A stretch of DNA of 63,529 nt, filler included, from Asterionella formosa (lineage: Eukaryota): the NCBI GenBank assembly GCA_002256025.1. It is 23 parts of 23 records of this genome, joined end to end, with 100 filler letters (N's around TTAATTAATTAA, not from the genome) between each part and the next. Parts side by side here need not be neighbours in the genome. Positions count along the whole stretch, not along the records: positions 38,201 to 39,797 come from NKIB01001806.1; positions 39,898 to 41,494 come from NKIB01001807.1; positions 41,595 to 43,190 come from NKIB01001808.1; positions 43,291 to 44,886 come from NKIB01001809.1; positions 44,987 to 46,582 come from NKIB01001810.1; positions 46,683 to 48,277 come from NKIB01001811.1; positions 48,378 to 49,972 come from NKIB01001813.1; positions 50,073 to 51,667 come from NKIB01001814.1; 15 more parts are not named here. One strand, 5' to 3'. Every line of letters begins with the position of its first letter. The stretch's first letter is position 1. The notes below the pieces were generated by a model that saw nothing but the letters and a program-made list of their open reading frames with translations, did not search any database and had not been told where the DNA came from. Positions 38,201 to 50,497 of the stretch are shown here, in pieces. A program made the translations under genes and the position numbers.

Positions 38201-39797
38201 TCCTTCAATCTGAAGGTCGACTGTATCCCGCTCATAGTCGCTCTAGGCTGCGCTGAAATGCAAAGAATGTCATCAACATATACAAGAATCATTTCGTAAT
38301 ACTCAAACCCATCCGGTTTTACTGCCGGTCGAATCCATACATCAGGGTCCCCTTTCGTGGGCAAGTAACCCAAATCATGGAGGGTTTCTGCGAGATGCGC
38401 TCTGAATGCCGCACCGCTAGATTTGAGCCCATACAGCGCTTTCTTCACCACCATGGTAGCTCCCGCTTCCGACCCAAATTCCGGCCCTGCAATTATGTAA
38501 ATTTTCTCTCTGCAATCTGCGGTTAGATAAGCGTTTTGAATATCGCAAGCAAGAAGTTGTAAGTCGTTCAATGAAGCAACCAATAAGGCAATGCGCACTG
38601 AGTCCCTCGACACAACTGACGAATACGTCAGGGCTGCGGGCGTTTCCGTCCGGCTGCCGTCAGCAACTAGTCTCGCCTTACGCCGAAAGTTTTCGCCCAT
38701 TTTGATGTCGAACACGAAATGACACCTTATCTTTTGGTACCCTGGCGGAAGGTCTCCCTCTCGCTTTTCCCACTTTTCAAATGCCGGTCGCACGTTTTTC
38801 ATTTCCTTGCAGATGGCGTCCCACCATAATGTGTTGCCATTGGCTTTATCAATCGCTAACGCCTCTTCGACGGACTTCGGTATCCGTATACCGTATTTGT
38901 GAGTTCGCTGCCAATACTTAGACTTTACCTTTGCTAGGACTCAGTCCCGTTTCTTTAGAAGAGTCGGCACCCACCACGCGAGCGCTGCCTCGTCATCAAT
39001 ACGATTAGCAATTGAGTACTCCACCACCTGTATGGGGTACGATTGCTTCATATCCTTAAGTGCGACCCAAGTGGTACTCCCGTCCCTCCATTGGCACAGG
39101 AGTTGCCACCCTTGAGTCGTCTGTCTCCGCCGCTTGACACCGTTAGACATTGTGATGAACGCGTCCTCTTTGTCTAGTGCCGTCGCATTCCGCCTATGAT
39201 CGATAATGTCGTCGAGAAGTACGTGTCGTTCGCCCTCCTCGTCTATCTGTGAAAACAAATTCTGAGCAATAAGGTTAGAAGACAATGCCTCTGAGTGTCC
39301 GTCAAAGAACTCGACCTCATACTCTCTGGTGTCAAGCAAAGGATTTTCGTGAGCCTTGCCGATAGGTCTACCATCGGCGTCGCGCAATCTCTTGGTGACT
39401 CTGCCAAACTGAACACCGTCGTTGTCATCTCCAGCGCCCCTCGCTATCGCTATCTCTTTGTTGAGGTATATATCCTCGAAAATATCGGGCGTGAAAGTGT
39501 CATCGGCATCTGGTATTTGGTGATCGCTCACAACATTGTTTATCTCTTCGCCAAATACTGAGTCGTCCTGCAGATCCGAGTATTCATCCCAATCCTGCAA
39601 TTGTCGCTCCTCCTCGTCGCCTGCATTTTGGTGGTTGTCGTCACGCATTATTTCCTTTATCCTCTCATTGTACTCCTTGCATCTGTCGTTGACCTCGCTA
39701 GTTGTCAGTTCAAGGTGAGTGATACGCTGCACGGTAGTGCGTGAGATAACGCGACAAGCAATGGTTAGAATCCAATACGACATTAGGTTACCGACTC
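38201..39797 (-). mobile_element. Copia pol: integrase C-terminus with chromodomain-like module + reverse transcriptase, one nonsense mutation
   Basis: IIDHR..GWQLLCQWRDGSTTWV, FRRKARLVA, DIQNAYL, KALYGLKSSG, LVYVDDIL. TGA at 38943-38941 splits an otherwise continuous frame. Confidence 0.95.
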
Positions 39798-39897
39798 NNN
39801 NNNNNNNNNNNNNNNNNNNNNNNNNNNNNNNNNNNNNNNNNTTAATTAATTAANNNNNNNNNNNNNNNNNNNNNNNNNNNNNNNNNNNNNNNNNNNN

Positions 39898-40068
39898 ACG
39901 TCGAAGTCGCTCCATTCTGTCACCCATTGCTTTCAAGTCGTCTCTCGCGCACTCCAGCATATGAAGCGTTGCGCCGAACGCAAGGCGCATCTTTCGGATC
40001 AGTTCAAGCTCAATGTCTTCCTTGGTTTTCTGACACTTTACCTCACTATTGCTACGTTCCCTCGACAT
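39898..40068 (-). CDS. Short coiled-coil protein N-terminus, possibly DASH/Dam1 complex Duo1-like (truncated by contig end)
   Basis: ELELIRKMRLAFGATLHMLECARDDLKAMGDRMERL has a heptad pattern and only weak resemblance to Duo1. Confidence 0.3.
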
Positions 40069-40270
40069 GCTGCGATTGCCTCGCGAACATCACCTCGATA
40101 AAAAGTAATAATACATCAGCTTCTGCATTTTTTACTTAATGCATCAACCATCACAGTGTGCACCAGGTATTGCTATCTGGTACCTGGTACCTGGTACCAG
40201 GTACGGTACCACCATACCTGGTACCAGGTACCTAGTACCATGCATACCACTACTAATAATTTAAGTACCG

Positions 40271-40673
40271 GTAAGCAAAGGAATCACGGACCTGATGTAC
40301 ACTAGATTTTCCATGTGGTACCTGGTACCGATGTTATATGAAAACCTGCGTAGTGATGCAGTTAGTTGATAAGTTGATAATATAATAGTAAACCACTTCT
40401 AATAATTAAAGTAAGCAAAGGAATCACGGACCTGATGTACACTAGATTTTCCATGTGGTACCTGGTACCGATGTTATATGAAAACCTGCGTAGTGATGCA
40501 GTTAGTTGATAAGTTGATAATATAATAGTAAACCACTTCTAATAATTAAAGTAAGCAAAGGAATCACGGACCTGATGTACACTAGATTTTCCATGTGGTA
40601 CCTGGTACCGATGTTATATGAAAACCTGCGTAGTGATGCAGTTAGTTGATAAGTTGATAATATAATAGTAAAC
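40271..40673. repeat. Tandem repeat, 140-bp unit x ~2.9, essentially identical
   Basis: Units start GTAAGCAAAGGAATCACGG at 40271, 40411 and 40551. Confidence 0.95.
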
Positions 40674-41074
40674 TTCTTGGTGGAAATCGTAGAATAGTAC
40701 GGTACCTGGTACCCTCATACATAATGGAGTGTACTCGGAGTACTTGATAAACCAAGGTACGACCTATGGCTACGTAGCCTCATCCAATCATCTGAGTTCC
40801 AACCACAACCATCGAATTCTTTTCTAAACAATTGGTGTCGTGCGCAATTACGGTATGTTTGCTTATAATACATACTACATATCATATATATGAAAAGATG
40901 AAATAAATTTGATCCTTCTTCATTTTCAATCTCGCTCGTCCAACAGCCTCAGTCACTACTACGTACGAATCGAATCGCTTGCATCTCCGTGATTTGTGAC
41001 TTTGACAAGCCCACTATTTACCTTTTACATCCCTCGGCACCTATATTTTGTCTTGAAAGTCAAGCGAAATCATC

Positions 41075-41494
41075 ATGATCTCACCGGATAGAGGGGAAGA
41101 TACCGGAGATGAAATCGAAGCATCAAGGAAACGAGCACTCGTGACACCCGAACTTCAGATGCCAACCTTCCATGATGATGCCACATCTTTTCCAACGCGT
41201 GAAATGGCACGCTTGCGCTACCTCTTTGACCTTTTGGAGGTGCCTCAGGAATTGCTAGATAGACTGCCATTGCCCACAAGCATTAATACTTTTGAGGGTC
41301 CTGGCCCAGAATTTGCGACCCTGGACGACGCCATGGCTTATCTTGATGTGACGCCACAGATTCTGGACGTGGTCTCTCTTATTGTTCGAGAAATGGCGCC
41401 TCGAGATGCTCTTGCTCTGCTTCTAGTGAATGACCCAGTTCTCCACGAGAATCTATCGTCCTCACTGACGCTATTCTTGTCTCGCAAGGTCTCA
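41075..41494 (+). CDS. Hypothetical protein N-terminus (truncated)
   Basis: 140 open codons from ATG to the contig end, with protein-like composition and no recognised motif. Confidence 0.4.
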
Positions 41495-42340
41495 NNNNNN
41501 NNNNNNNNNNNNNNNNNNNNNNNNNNNNNNNNNNNNNNTTAATTAATTAANNNNNNNNNNNNNNNNNNNNNNNNNNNNNNNNNNNNNNNNNNNNGGTACT
41601 CCGTATGAGATATTTAATGTACTCCTATTTTTTATATGTACATACAATATTTGTCGGCATGAGAGATGAATCTGTTAATCATTCTTCTGACTCATCAGCG
41701 CCTGATTCCAGTTGGTCATCTGGCATCCCAATTCTTTCGAGCTCCCCAGAAGTTTTAAACACCTTTCTAAACACGAGGAGCACTTGGTTGTCATCACGGA
41801 TATCCTTAAGATTCGGGTGCCAGCAAGGTGTGGTCATTTTGCTTAGATAAACAATTTAATCTAAGCTAGGATAAAGAAAGCTAATTCTTTTGTTCAGCAA
41901 AAGTACCAATACCGCATCTTAGCTATAGCTTATAGGGTAATATTCCCTTTTCATATTCCGCACATGACCAACATCATGCCCAGCTAACTTATACCCCTAA
42001 CGTATATGTAACTCACGGGATTGATTTTAGCACGTGATGCCATGGACATGACTATATAACTTATAGCAAGTATGATAGTACATATTGCATTTTGTACCCT
42101 CTCTTACATATATCATATGAATCTACCAGGAGTAGTCAGCCACTACATCTAAGCCGCGTATTACGTGAAGTGACCATCACGTAAATAAGCCTAGTTGATT
42201 TTGAATGGATCACATGAATTAGTTGAATACATCAAAATGCTTACTTGAATATATCTATATATTATCTGAATACATCACGTTCATTATTTGATCAGAGTAT
42301 CATGCATGCATTCCTGATCATCACTATATTACGTGATCAC

Positions 42341-42411
42341 CTTCACATAATTATTTGAAATACTTTACATAATTATTTGAAATACTTCACATAATTATTT
42401 GAAATACTTCA
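42341..42411. repeat. Minisatellite, 22-bp unit x ~3.2
   Basis: CTTCACATAATTATTTGAAATA repeated. Confidence 0.9.
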
Positions 42412-44490
42412 ATTAATTCTGTAATTCAGTCTATCTGGAAAGAATCTAATGATTAATGTACCAGGAAGGTCCGTTGATCGAGATATTTAGTTAAATCTTT
42501 TTAAAAGCAAAAACGTGTTTTACCGGACCTTCCAGGTACCTGGTACCGTGATATCCGCTGGGAGGTAAGTACCACCTAAAAACTGAGAGTCATATAAAGT
42601 TTACCCCATGTTTCGACTCAAACTATTTTAGTCAAATTTCATTGTGACAACAAATCAAGTACGTAGCTAAATGTAGAACAGGCTCTCCGCTTTCAATAGG
42701 TCTGTTTAATTAGTAATGAAGCTTCATAATTCAAGAGATATGAAGTTTTTAAAGTTTATGATTATGGTCGTTTTGTATGACTATCAATACATATTTTTTA
42801 CTACGTACCTGAAGAAAATTTTATGTTCAAATTCTGGTTTCGATTACCCTATTGTTCACTCTAAAGCTTTTTCCTGCCAAAATATTATTTGTCCGTTGCA
42901 TCATCTACCCATTTATTATTCATTGTTTTCATTTTTTAAACCTTAAATAATAATGCGTTTGCCTTTTAACTCAAATATTATTTCAGTTTTTGTGTCAATA
43001 ATCTTACTTTCATTCGTTTTGATGATGGTTTGATATAGATTTATATAGGGATTATTTACGTTCGTCACTAATTAGTGTTCTGCTTACATCAGGCTACTGG
43101 TTTGGTATTACTACTATGACAGATGTCAGCCAAGCGAGAATTTTTTGTTTGATTGCTTGTTTGCTTCTCCACCTTTGCCTCCACCTTGCTNNNNNNNNNN
43201 NNNNNNNNNNNNNNNNNNNNNNNNNNNNNNNNNNTTAATTAATTAANNNNNNNNNNNNNNNNNNNNNNNNNNNNNNNNNNNNNNNNNNNNTTTACTAGGC
43301 CAAATAAACGAGTTAGCCCGGTAAAATCCACTATTTTCAGCATAGTTAAAAAACCGAAGTTCCTTTCTGCAGTTTCTCGCCAGATCCTATATCCTGACGA
43401 TATATAGCGTTGACCTATACCCCTACTTTGATAAATGACTGTATTTAAGCATGTGGAAAGGGTGTGTATTGGTGAAAGCTCCGTTTAGCGATATACATTT
43501 ACGTTTTACTCGTAAGAAGTCTATGTTTGACTACTCTGACTTAATATTATTTTTTTAACCCTACCTCGAGCTAGGGGTTCAAATGCAGGAACCTTAAATA
43601 TAGTTATCGTGATACTTAACAACATTTCTCCGTGGGCATTTTGACTCCCACGACATTTTCCGATTCAAATTACATGCAACCTTCGGCGTTGTCAAACGTT
43701 GTTATTTTCCGGGTTGTTTAAGCCTGTTTTTCCAAATAGATAAAAATGCTTTTTCGAGTTTCACCGAATTTTCATTAGGGTCTATCAACAAATGCCCATA
43801 GTCCTTTATGTAACCACTCCTTTCTAAATTTGGCCACTAAGATGTCACTCAAGAATAATGTAGCTGGAGAAAACCACAAGCAATGATATGATATCAAGCA
43901 GCTGATTGACAAGGGTGGTAGTGCTTTTGGCAGCATTGGTGAACTAGCTAATGAACAACAGGTAAAATGATGAAAACCAATAGGCATTAATGATTTGATA
44001 CTAGCTAGCAGCATATGTTTAGCAGCACTTTGATGATCTGAAAGATCTGTAGGCCATTTGCTAGGCAGCAATTCGCATGCAATGGCAGTTTCAAAACATG
44101 ATCCCCAAACAATCCATCTGACAATTGCAATTCCCCATGAAACCTCCATCACTACACCTGTACATTGAAATACCTGGTTGTTCGTTCCCCTCTCCTTGAT
44201 GCTCATCTGGTTGTAGTTTTTCTTGAAATCTCCACCATTTGGTTCCTTGTCTGATTTCTGATGTTCGCCCAGCAAGTTCCTTCCCCTGTCCTGCCCTTGA
44301 TGCTCCATTGTGTGAAATGTTTCTTGATATCTCCGCAATTTGGTTCCTTGCCTGATTGCTGATGTCCGCCCTGCAGGAGCGATGTTTCTTGGACTTTCAA
44401 GAATATGCCAGTTTTCTTGTAAGCAAGCCATTCCTCGTACTGTTGTTACAGTTGCTTCCGCAAGATGCATCTAAGACGCGAAATACGCCA

Positions 44491-44865
44491 CTTTTCGAAA
44501 TTTCGTCTACGTATGAGTGTTAATTATGTGGTACTTCACATGCATTAATGCCACTCTTCACGTAAAAAAGATTAATTTTAACGGTTTCATGTGAAGTTTT
44601 AACTGCTTCATGTGAAGTTTTCACAATGAATTTTGAACGCAAGACTGAATTAGTTGATGTTTCAAATAATTCATTTGACTTTTCGAAATTTCGTTTACGT
44701 ACGAGTGTTAATTATGTGGTACTTCACATCCATTAATGCCATTCTTAACGAAAAAAGTTTACTTTTAACGGTTTCATGTGAAGTTTTAACTGTTTCATGT
44801 GAAGTTTTCACAATGAATTTTGAACGCGAGACTGAATTAGTTGATGTTTCAAATAATTCATTTGA
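44491..44865. repeat. Tandem duplication, ~188-bp unit x2
   Basis: CTTTTCGAAATTTCGT...AATAATTCATTTGA at 44491 and 44679. Confidence 0.9.
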
Positions 44866-44986
44866 AAGTTCAAATAAGATCCTGCTNNNNNNNNNNNNNN
44901 NNNNNNNNNNNNNNNNNNNNNNNNNNNNNNTTAATTAATTAANNNNNNNNNNNNNNNNNNNNNNNNNNNNNNNNNNNNNNNNNNNN

Positions 44987-46582
44987 CCTGTGGGTGCGGG
45001 TCAAATTTCTCCCAATATTGGGCCTCCTGGCTATGACCGGTTTCATCTGCTGCTAGAGAGGCATAGTGCGCTCCCCAGGCCTGATGAATATCAGTCAAAG
45101 CTGTCAGCAGGCGTCCATCCGGGCCAAGGACCGGTTGGACCCCTGCGATGCTGCTCTTCTGGCGCCATCCTGCAGTCGCTGAGGCCCACCGCCAATAATG
45201 GCGAGGTTTCTCGCGCATATTGACATGAGCCTCCCTAATTGCCTTATACCATGCCCGCCTACCCGAGAGGCGGATCACCTTCCGCGCCCTCTCTTTGGCA
45301 GCCTTGTACATGTCCCCAAGCCGTGCTACATCTTCACGGTCTCCTCGCGACTCCGCCCTCCGGGTTTCCCGGAAGATCCTCCTTCGGGTCTCAATCGCCC
45401 GACGTACCTGTCCTGTCACTCTTGGTGGGTTTAGTCCCGCCACCCGTTGGTGGAGGTTCAGGTCCTCTGCCACCTGGTGACATGTTGTAGTGAACTTCTT
45501 GGCCATACCATCCAACCTTTCCTGGTGGTAACTGGTGGGGTTTTCAAGTGAATGTGACCACTCGATTACATCCTCCAGGTCCTCTTCCAGCGAGTCAGCT
45601 AGTGGCTGCCAATAGTTACTATTAGCCACGGTTACTTTGAGTTCCTTCTCCTCCATCACAATCCGCCGGTACAGTGATTCCGGCCGTGGTGGGGCAATCC
45701 CCATCTCTGGGATTCTGGTAAGCCCAGGTAGGTCCGCAACAACTGGGAAGTGGTCCGAAATATCCCATGTGTCGAGGACCCTGGCAGGGGGGACAGCCGC
45801 CACTGTGTCACCACAATATGTGATGAAATCAATGGCAGGTGTTGGCTGTCCCTCCCGCCGGCTTTGGCGAGTGGAGGCCCCCCCTCGGATGGGTAACACC
45901 CGAAAGGGAAGCCGCCACGGTCCCATCAGAATCTGCAACTCCGTCATCTTCATGTTGAAGTCTCCCATCATCACAATTGGGTCTTCTGGAAACTCCCGAT
46001 GTAGAGCGTCCAAGGCTCGGGGCAGGGCCCTGAGCACTCGGATGCGATCCGCTCTGCATGGGACATAGATTGTTCCCACAAGAATAGGCCTCAAGAGCGT
46101 GGCCCCATAGACTCTCGCAAAAGTCCAAAATGGTGTGGCCTTACCAACTGGGGTACAGTTGAATTTGGTCGACACCAGTATTGCCACACCTCGCTGCGAC
46201 GCTGTCAGGTCCCCCATTGCTGTGAGGCAATGGTAACCTGGCAAACGAAGCTGCCAATCCGTTGATCGGAGCAGCGTCTCCTGCACTGCCATAACATCAC
46301 ACCGGGTTTGTTGCAACAGAAACCGAAGATCGGTTTTTTTCCGCTGCAGCCCGTTGATGTTAAGGGTGCCCACCACCAGTGGTGCCCCACAGCCATCTGG
46401 TGGTATCATGGGCGTTGGGGATCCGGGTGGGTTTATCTGAGCACCTGCGGCCGCAGGTGCCAAGCTTGGTCCCACCCTCTCCAAATACGGTATGTGGTGT
46501 CGGAAATACCACCCATACCGCGCCTTTCCAGGTTCCATCTTCCCCAAGAATGTAGCAACATAGGCGCTTGTTACCCAAATGT
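44987..46582 (-). mobile_element. Non-LTR retrotransposon (LINE) APE endonuclease region, open across the whole contig
   Basis: VGTLNINGL, DVMAVQET, GTIYVP, MMGDFN, IDFI, SDHFPV, followed by a basic linker toward RT. Confidence 0.92.
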
Positions 46583-46682
46583 NNNNNNNNNNNNNNNNNN
46601 NNNNNNNNNNNNNNNNNNNNNNNNNNTTAATTAATTAANNNNNNNNNNNNNNNNNNNNNNNNNNNNNNNNNNNNNNNNNNNN

Positions 46683-46808
46683 AAATTAGTGATACAGTGA
46701 CACTTTTGGAATGAATGAAATTCAGTTCAAATCGAGTTACCGTTGCTGATACATTTTCAAAAAAATTCAAATTCCGTGATACACGAAAAAAAATGATAAG
46801 AACGGCCC
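46683..46808. mobile_element. PIF/Harbinger-type element terminus inserted at TAA in a Copia integrase
   Basis: TGATACA(C) subterminal repeats ending AATGATAAGAACGGCCC|TAA. An identical end is at 60767-60786. Confidence 0.65.
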
Positions 46809-48277
46809 TAAGTGCGAAGTTTACAGATGAATATCAGGGGCTATTGTGGGCAGAAGCGGTACATACTGCGACAAGATTGACGAACAGTACAGTGAATTCA
46901 GTGACTAAGAAGAGTCCTGATGATGTGTTCTATGGAGAAACGAATACAAGGCGGCCTGAAGCTCTACAGGACATTTGGACATGTTGGTTGGGTTACTATA
47001 AGAGAAGGTGTCAATAAATTAGATGCATGTTCCATCAAGTGTGTCTTTTTGGGATACTCAGATGACCACTCCCAAGATATGTATCGCATGTAAAATCACG
47101 AGACAAGTACCGTGATCAATACACGTGACGTAAAGTGGAGTGAGTGGCATGAAACAAATGTACCAACGGATGGACTAGAGAAAATGTTCAAACCAGTCAC
47201 CAACCAACAGGCATTATACGAGGATAACAGTACAAGAAGATAATGAAGAGTTGCATGACGATTTTTATGACGAGTTCGAAACTCAAGAAGTGTCCGACAA
47301 TGAAAATGAAGACGATGAGACAAGCAAGAATTGGGGAGGAAAACTAAACAATCAACTAAGATAGATGGTACTACTACGAAATACAAAGATACAGGTACCA
47401 ATACCCCAATTGTGAAGACTAAACGTGCGGAAAGCGCTCAGTCTAAGCAAGCGAAGTTTGCACGTGAAATGCGAAGATTGGACTCATCGTTCAATCCTAC
47501 GAATACGAAAATTGTGAAATTTTCAGGAGATACTGAGATGCCTAGTAGTGTTATCGAGGAGGATGACATAAAGGAAGTTACGAAGAATACAATACGAGAA
47601 ATTGACCGGTATGAAAATTAAGTCGTACGCAATGCCAGGCGTACCAGGAAAGACATTGAACAAGAATGACGGTGAAGTCATTAGGGAAGGAGAATATCGA
47701 AAAATTGTGGGCAAGTTACTATGGTCTACAAAGAAGGATTCGCCGGACTGTGCAAGTGTGGTTTGGGAATTATCGGCTCATTTTAGCTGCCCAGGTGAAG
47801 AACAATGGCATGTAGTGGCAAGAGTCATTGGTTACCTATCCAATATGGAGGATAGAGTTCTTCTCAAGTTGCGTAAGCCAAAAGAGTTAAGAGTCATTGC
47901 CTACGTGTACAGTGACTGGGCTGCTAATAAGGTTAGCAAGAGGAGTACGACTGGCTATCTTGTTACTATTGGCGGGGCACTTATCAGTTGGCAGTCGAAA
48001 GTAGTACAACAAATGGTTATGCTGTCTAGCACGGAAGCCGAGTATGTGGCGATGTCCCAGTGTGTACAAGAGATCAAGTTCATAGCAATGCTACTGAATG
48101 AGGTTACTGGTGGTAAGGTCATGTTACCAAGTATCCTACGAGAAGACAATACAGGAGCTATTTTTATCGCGAAGAATCAGAAAATTGGAACCAGTACAAA
48201 ACACATTGATATTAAGTATCATCATGTAAAGGACATGATTGAGGATGAAGAATTGGAAGTCATTTTTATAAGGTTGG
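46809..48277 (+). pseudogene. Degenerate Copia pol: integrase end, most of RT deleted, RNase H
   Basis: LWAEAVHTAT, KCVFLGYS, then directly YRKIVGKLLW, SDWA, SSTEAEYV, EDNTGAI, TKHIDIKYH. Several stops. Confidence 0.88.
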
Positions 48278-48377
48278 NNNNNNNNNNNNNNNNNNNNNNN
48301 NNNNNNNNNNNNNNNNNNNNNTTAATTAATTAANNNNNNNNNNNNNNNNNNNNNNNNNNNNNNNNNNNNNNNNNNNN

Positions 48378-48560
48378 GCGAATTGGCAACAATGTCCTCA
48401 TGCTGTGGATGAGTGCAGAATACTCAGCCTCAAGAGTCGACTAGGAAATTTCAGTTTGCAGCTGAGATCTCCAGATAAAAGGAAGTTCCCAAGCATGATG
48501 ATGTAGCCTTGCCTTGACCACACACTCTTCGGATCTCCAGCAGATTCACATCCATGCTTG
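48378..48560 (-). pseudogene. Copia RNase H remnant
   Basis: DPKSVWSRQGYII..SQLQTEIS*STLEAEYSAL. Confidence 0.75.
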
Positions 48561-50497
48561 AGTATATTGATTCTTCACCTTGTCAAATGGCTGACCTGTG
48601 AAGAAAGTGTGGAACTTAGGACATTGAGGATTGTGGGAGTTGAACCCAACAATTGATTCTCAAAAAATTGCAGGAATCAAATCACACAACTTCAAATCAA
48701 TGACAACGTGCCCAACCAACTGAGCCATTCCCCAGTCCTGCTGATAACATTGAACCTTGTTGATTTTGAGCGATGTTTGGGGACATCTTAAAGTATGTCT
48801 GAGCTATTATGTCAAAAAATTCGAAATCTGTGATGGAGGATGCATAACTTCATTTGCATGGATATCCAGTGTCTTCATTGATAATCTGGTATCATTCCAC
48901 TGTGCCTGCTTCTTTGTAGGCGTTGTATCAGGTGTCGTTGTGTTTGCCGTTTTCTTCCCGTCGGGATAGAATTCAACTCTCTCTTTCTTTCTGTGGAGTT
49001 TTGTAACTATCCAGCTGCTGGATTCATTCCTCTAATCTGTGCGCTGGTGCAGCACCTAGAGTCGCCACCTCAATCTCAATGTCGAAATTTTTTGAGTTTC
49101 AGTGTTAACTGAATTTCCTCTTGGTATCATGATGTTTGCCGTTTTCTTTCCATTCCAGATTGAATTCAACTCTCTGTCTTTCTGTATGGATGTATCTCTA
49201 TCACTCTGATGGATGATGTCTACTGATGAGTCGACTTGTGCACATGGAGGCTCTGCTTCTGTCTCCAGCCATGTCGAATGTTGTCTTCCATTGTATAAAG
49301 AAATTCCCCTTGTTGTGATGATGTCTGCCATTTTAAACCCATTACTGATTGAATTCAACTCTCTGTTGTTCTGTGTCGATGTGTCCCGGTGACTTTGATA
49401 GAGATTGGCTGATAATGGGGCTCCTGATGTGCTTGAAGTCTCCTCCTCTATCTCTATATCGCAATTTTGTATTCCAATGTTCAATGACTGTCCGCTTGTG
49501 CTCTCCCTGCCAACCTTCATATTCCTTGCTGGTGTGTGTTACTTCCCTTGCCTTGAATTCGCTTTGATCCTTCTGTCGCTGTGCTCTAACATATTGAGTA
49601 TGTTTTTTGATTTGATGGGAGTTTCTTTAACTGCTCTTTCCATAGCATGTCTTGCATATTTGTTCTCATTCCCACAAAGTAATTTCCTTCTTGCTACCAT
49701 TTCATTTAGGATCAGTTCATCAGTATCCACTTGCTCAGTATCCACTTGCTCAGTATTCACTTGCTGTGTTGAAACAGTATCATATAGGGCACTTGGTACA
49801 ATCAATTCATTTATTAACTTATATCAACGCCACAAAAAGGATTCATTGTGAAATGAGAATGATGGACGCATGGTGGTGACGAGATATTAAAATTGTTTGC
49901 TACTACCAGTATTGACCTCATTATACTATGTATGTAGTCGAGAGTCAATGTAGTACACATAATACAATTACCNNNNNNNNNNNNNNNNNNNNNNNNNNNN
50001 NNNNNNNNNNNNNNNNTTAATTAATTAANNNNNNNNNNNNNNNNNNNNNNNNNNNNNNNNNNNNNNNNNNNNTTGTTTAACCTTGAGGTATTAATGTGAT
50101 CAAAGTAAAGATAAAATGGGAGCAAACTAACAGAATTAATGGTAGTCAGAGTGAAGAATATTTGTGAACGGAAATGTTGCGAATTGTCGAGAAAAGTACC
50201 GTATTATAGAGATTATTACTGAACAAATTTTTCTTTGTGTCGCCAGAAAATATTGTCAGTTGGCCCCAAAAATTATGTGGGTTTCTAAAATAATTATGGA
50301 AGTTGTCGAAACTATTTAAGTTCACTCCCTCCATATATATTGTATCATGCATCATATTTTTTTGTGATGTCATACCCTTAAATTATGTACGTAGCTAAAT
50401 TCGTCATATTGGGCCACCCAAATAATTAATTTGGGTGATCATATTTGACTAGCGTTTTTTTTGTGGCGGCTGTACCAGTAATCGGCGTTGTAGATGA

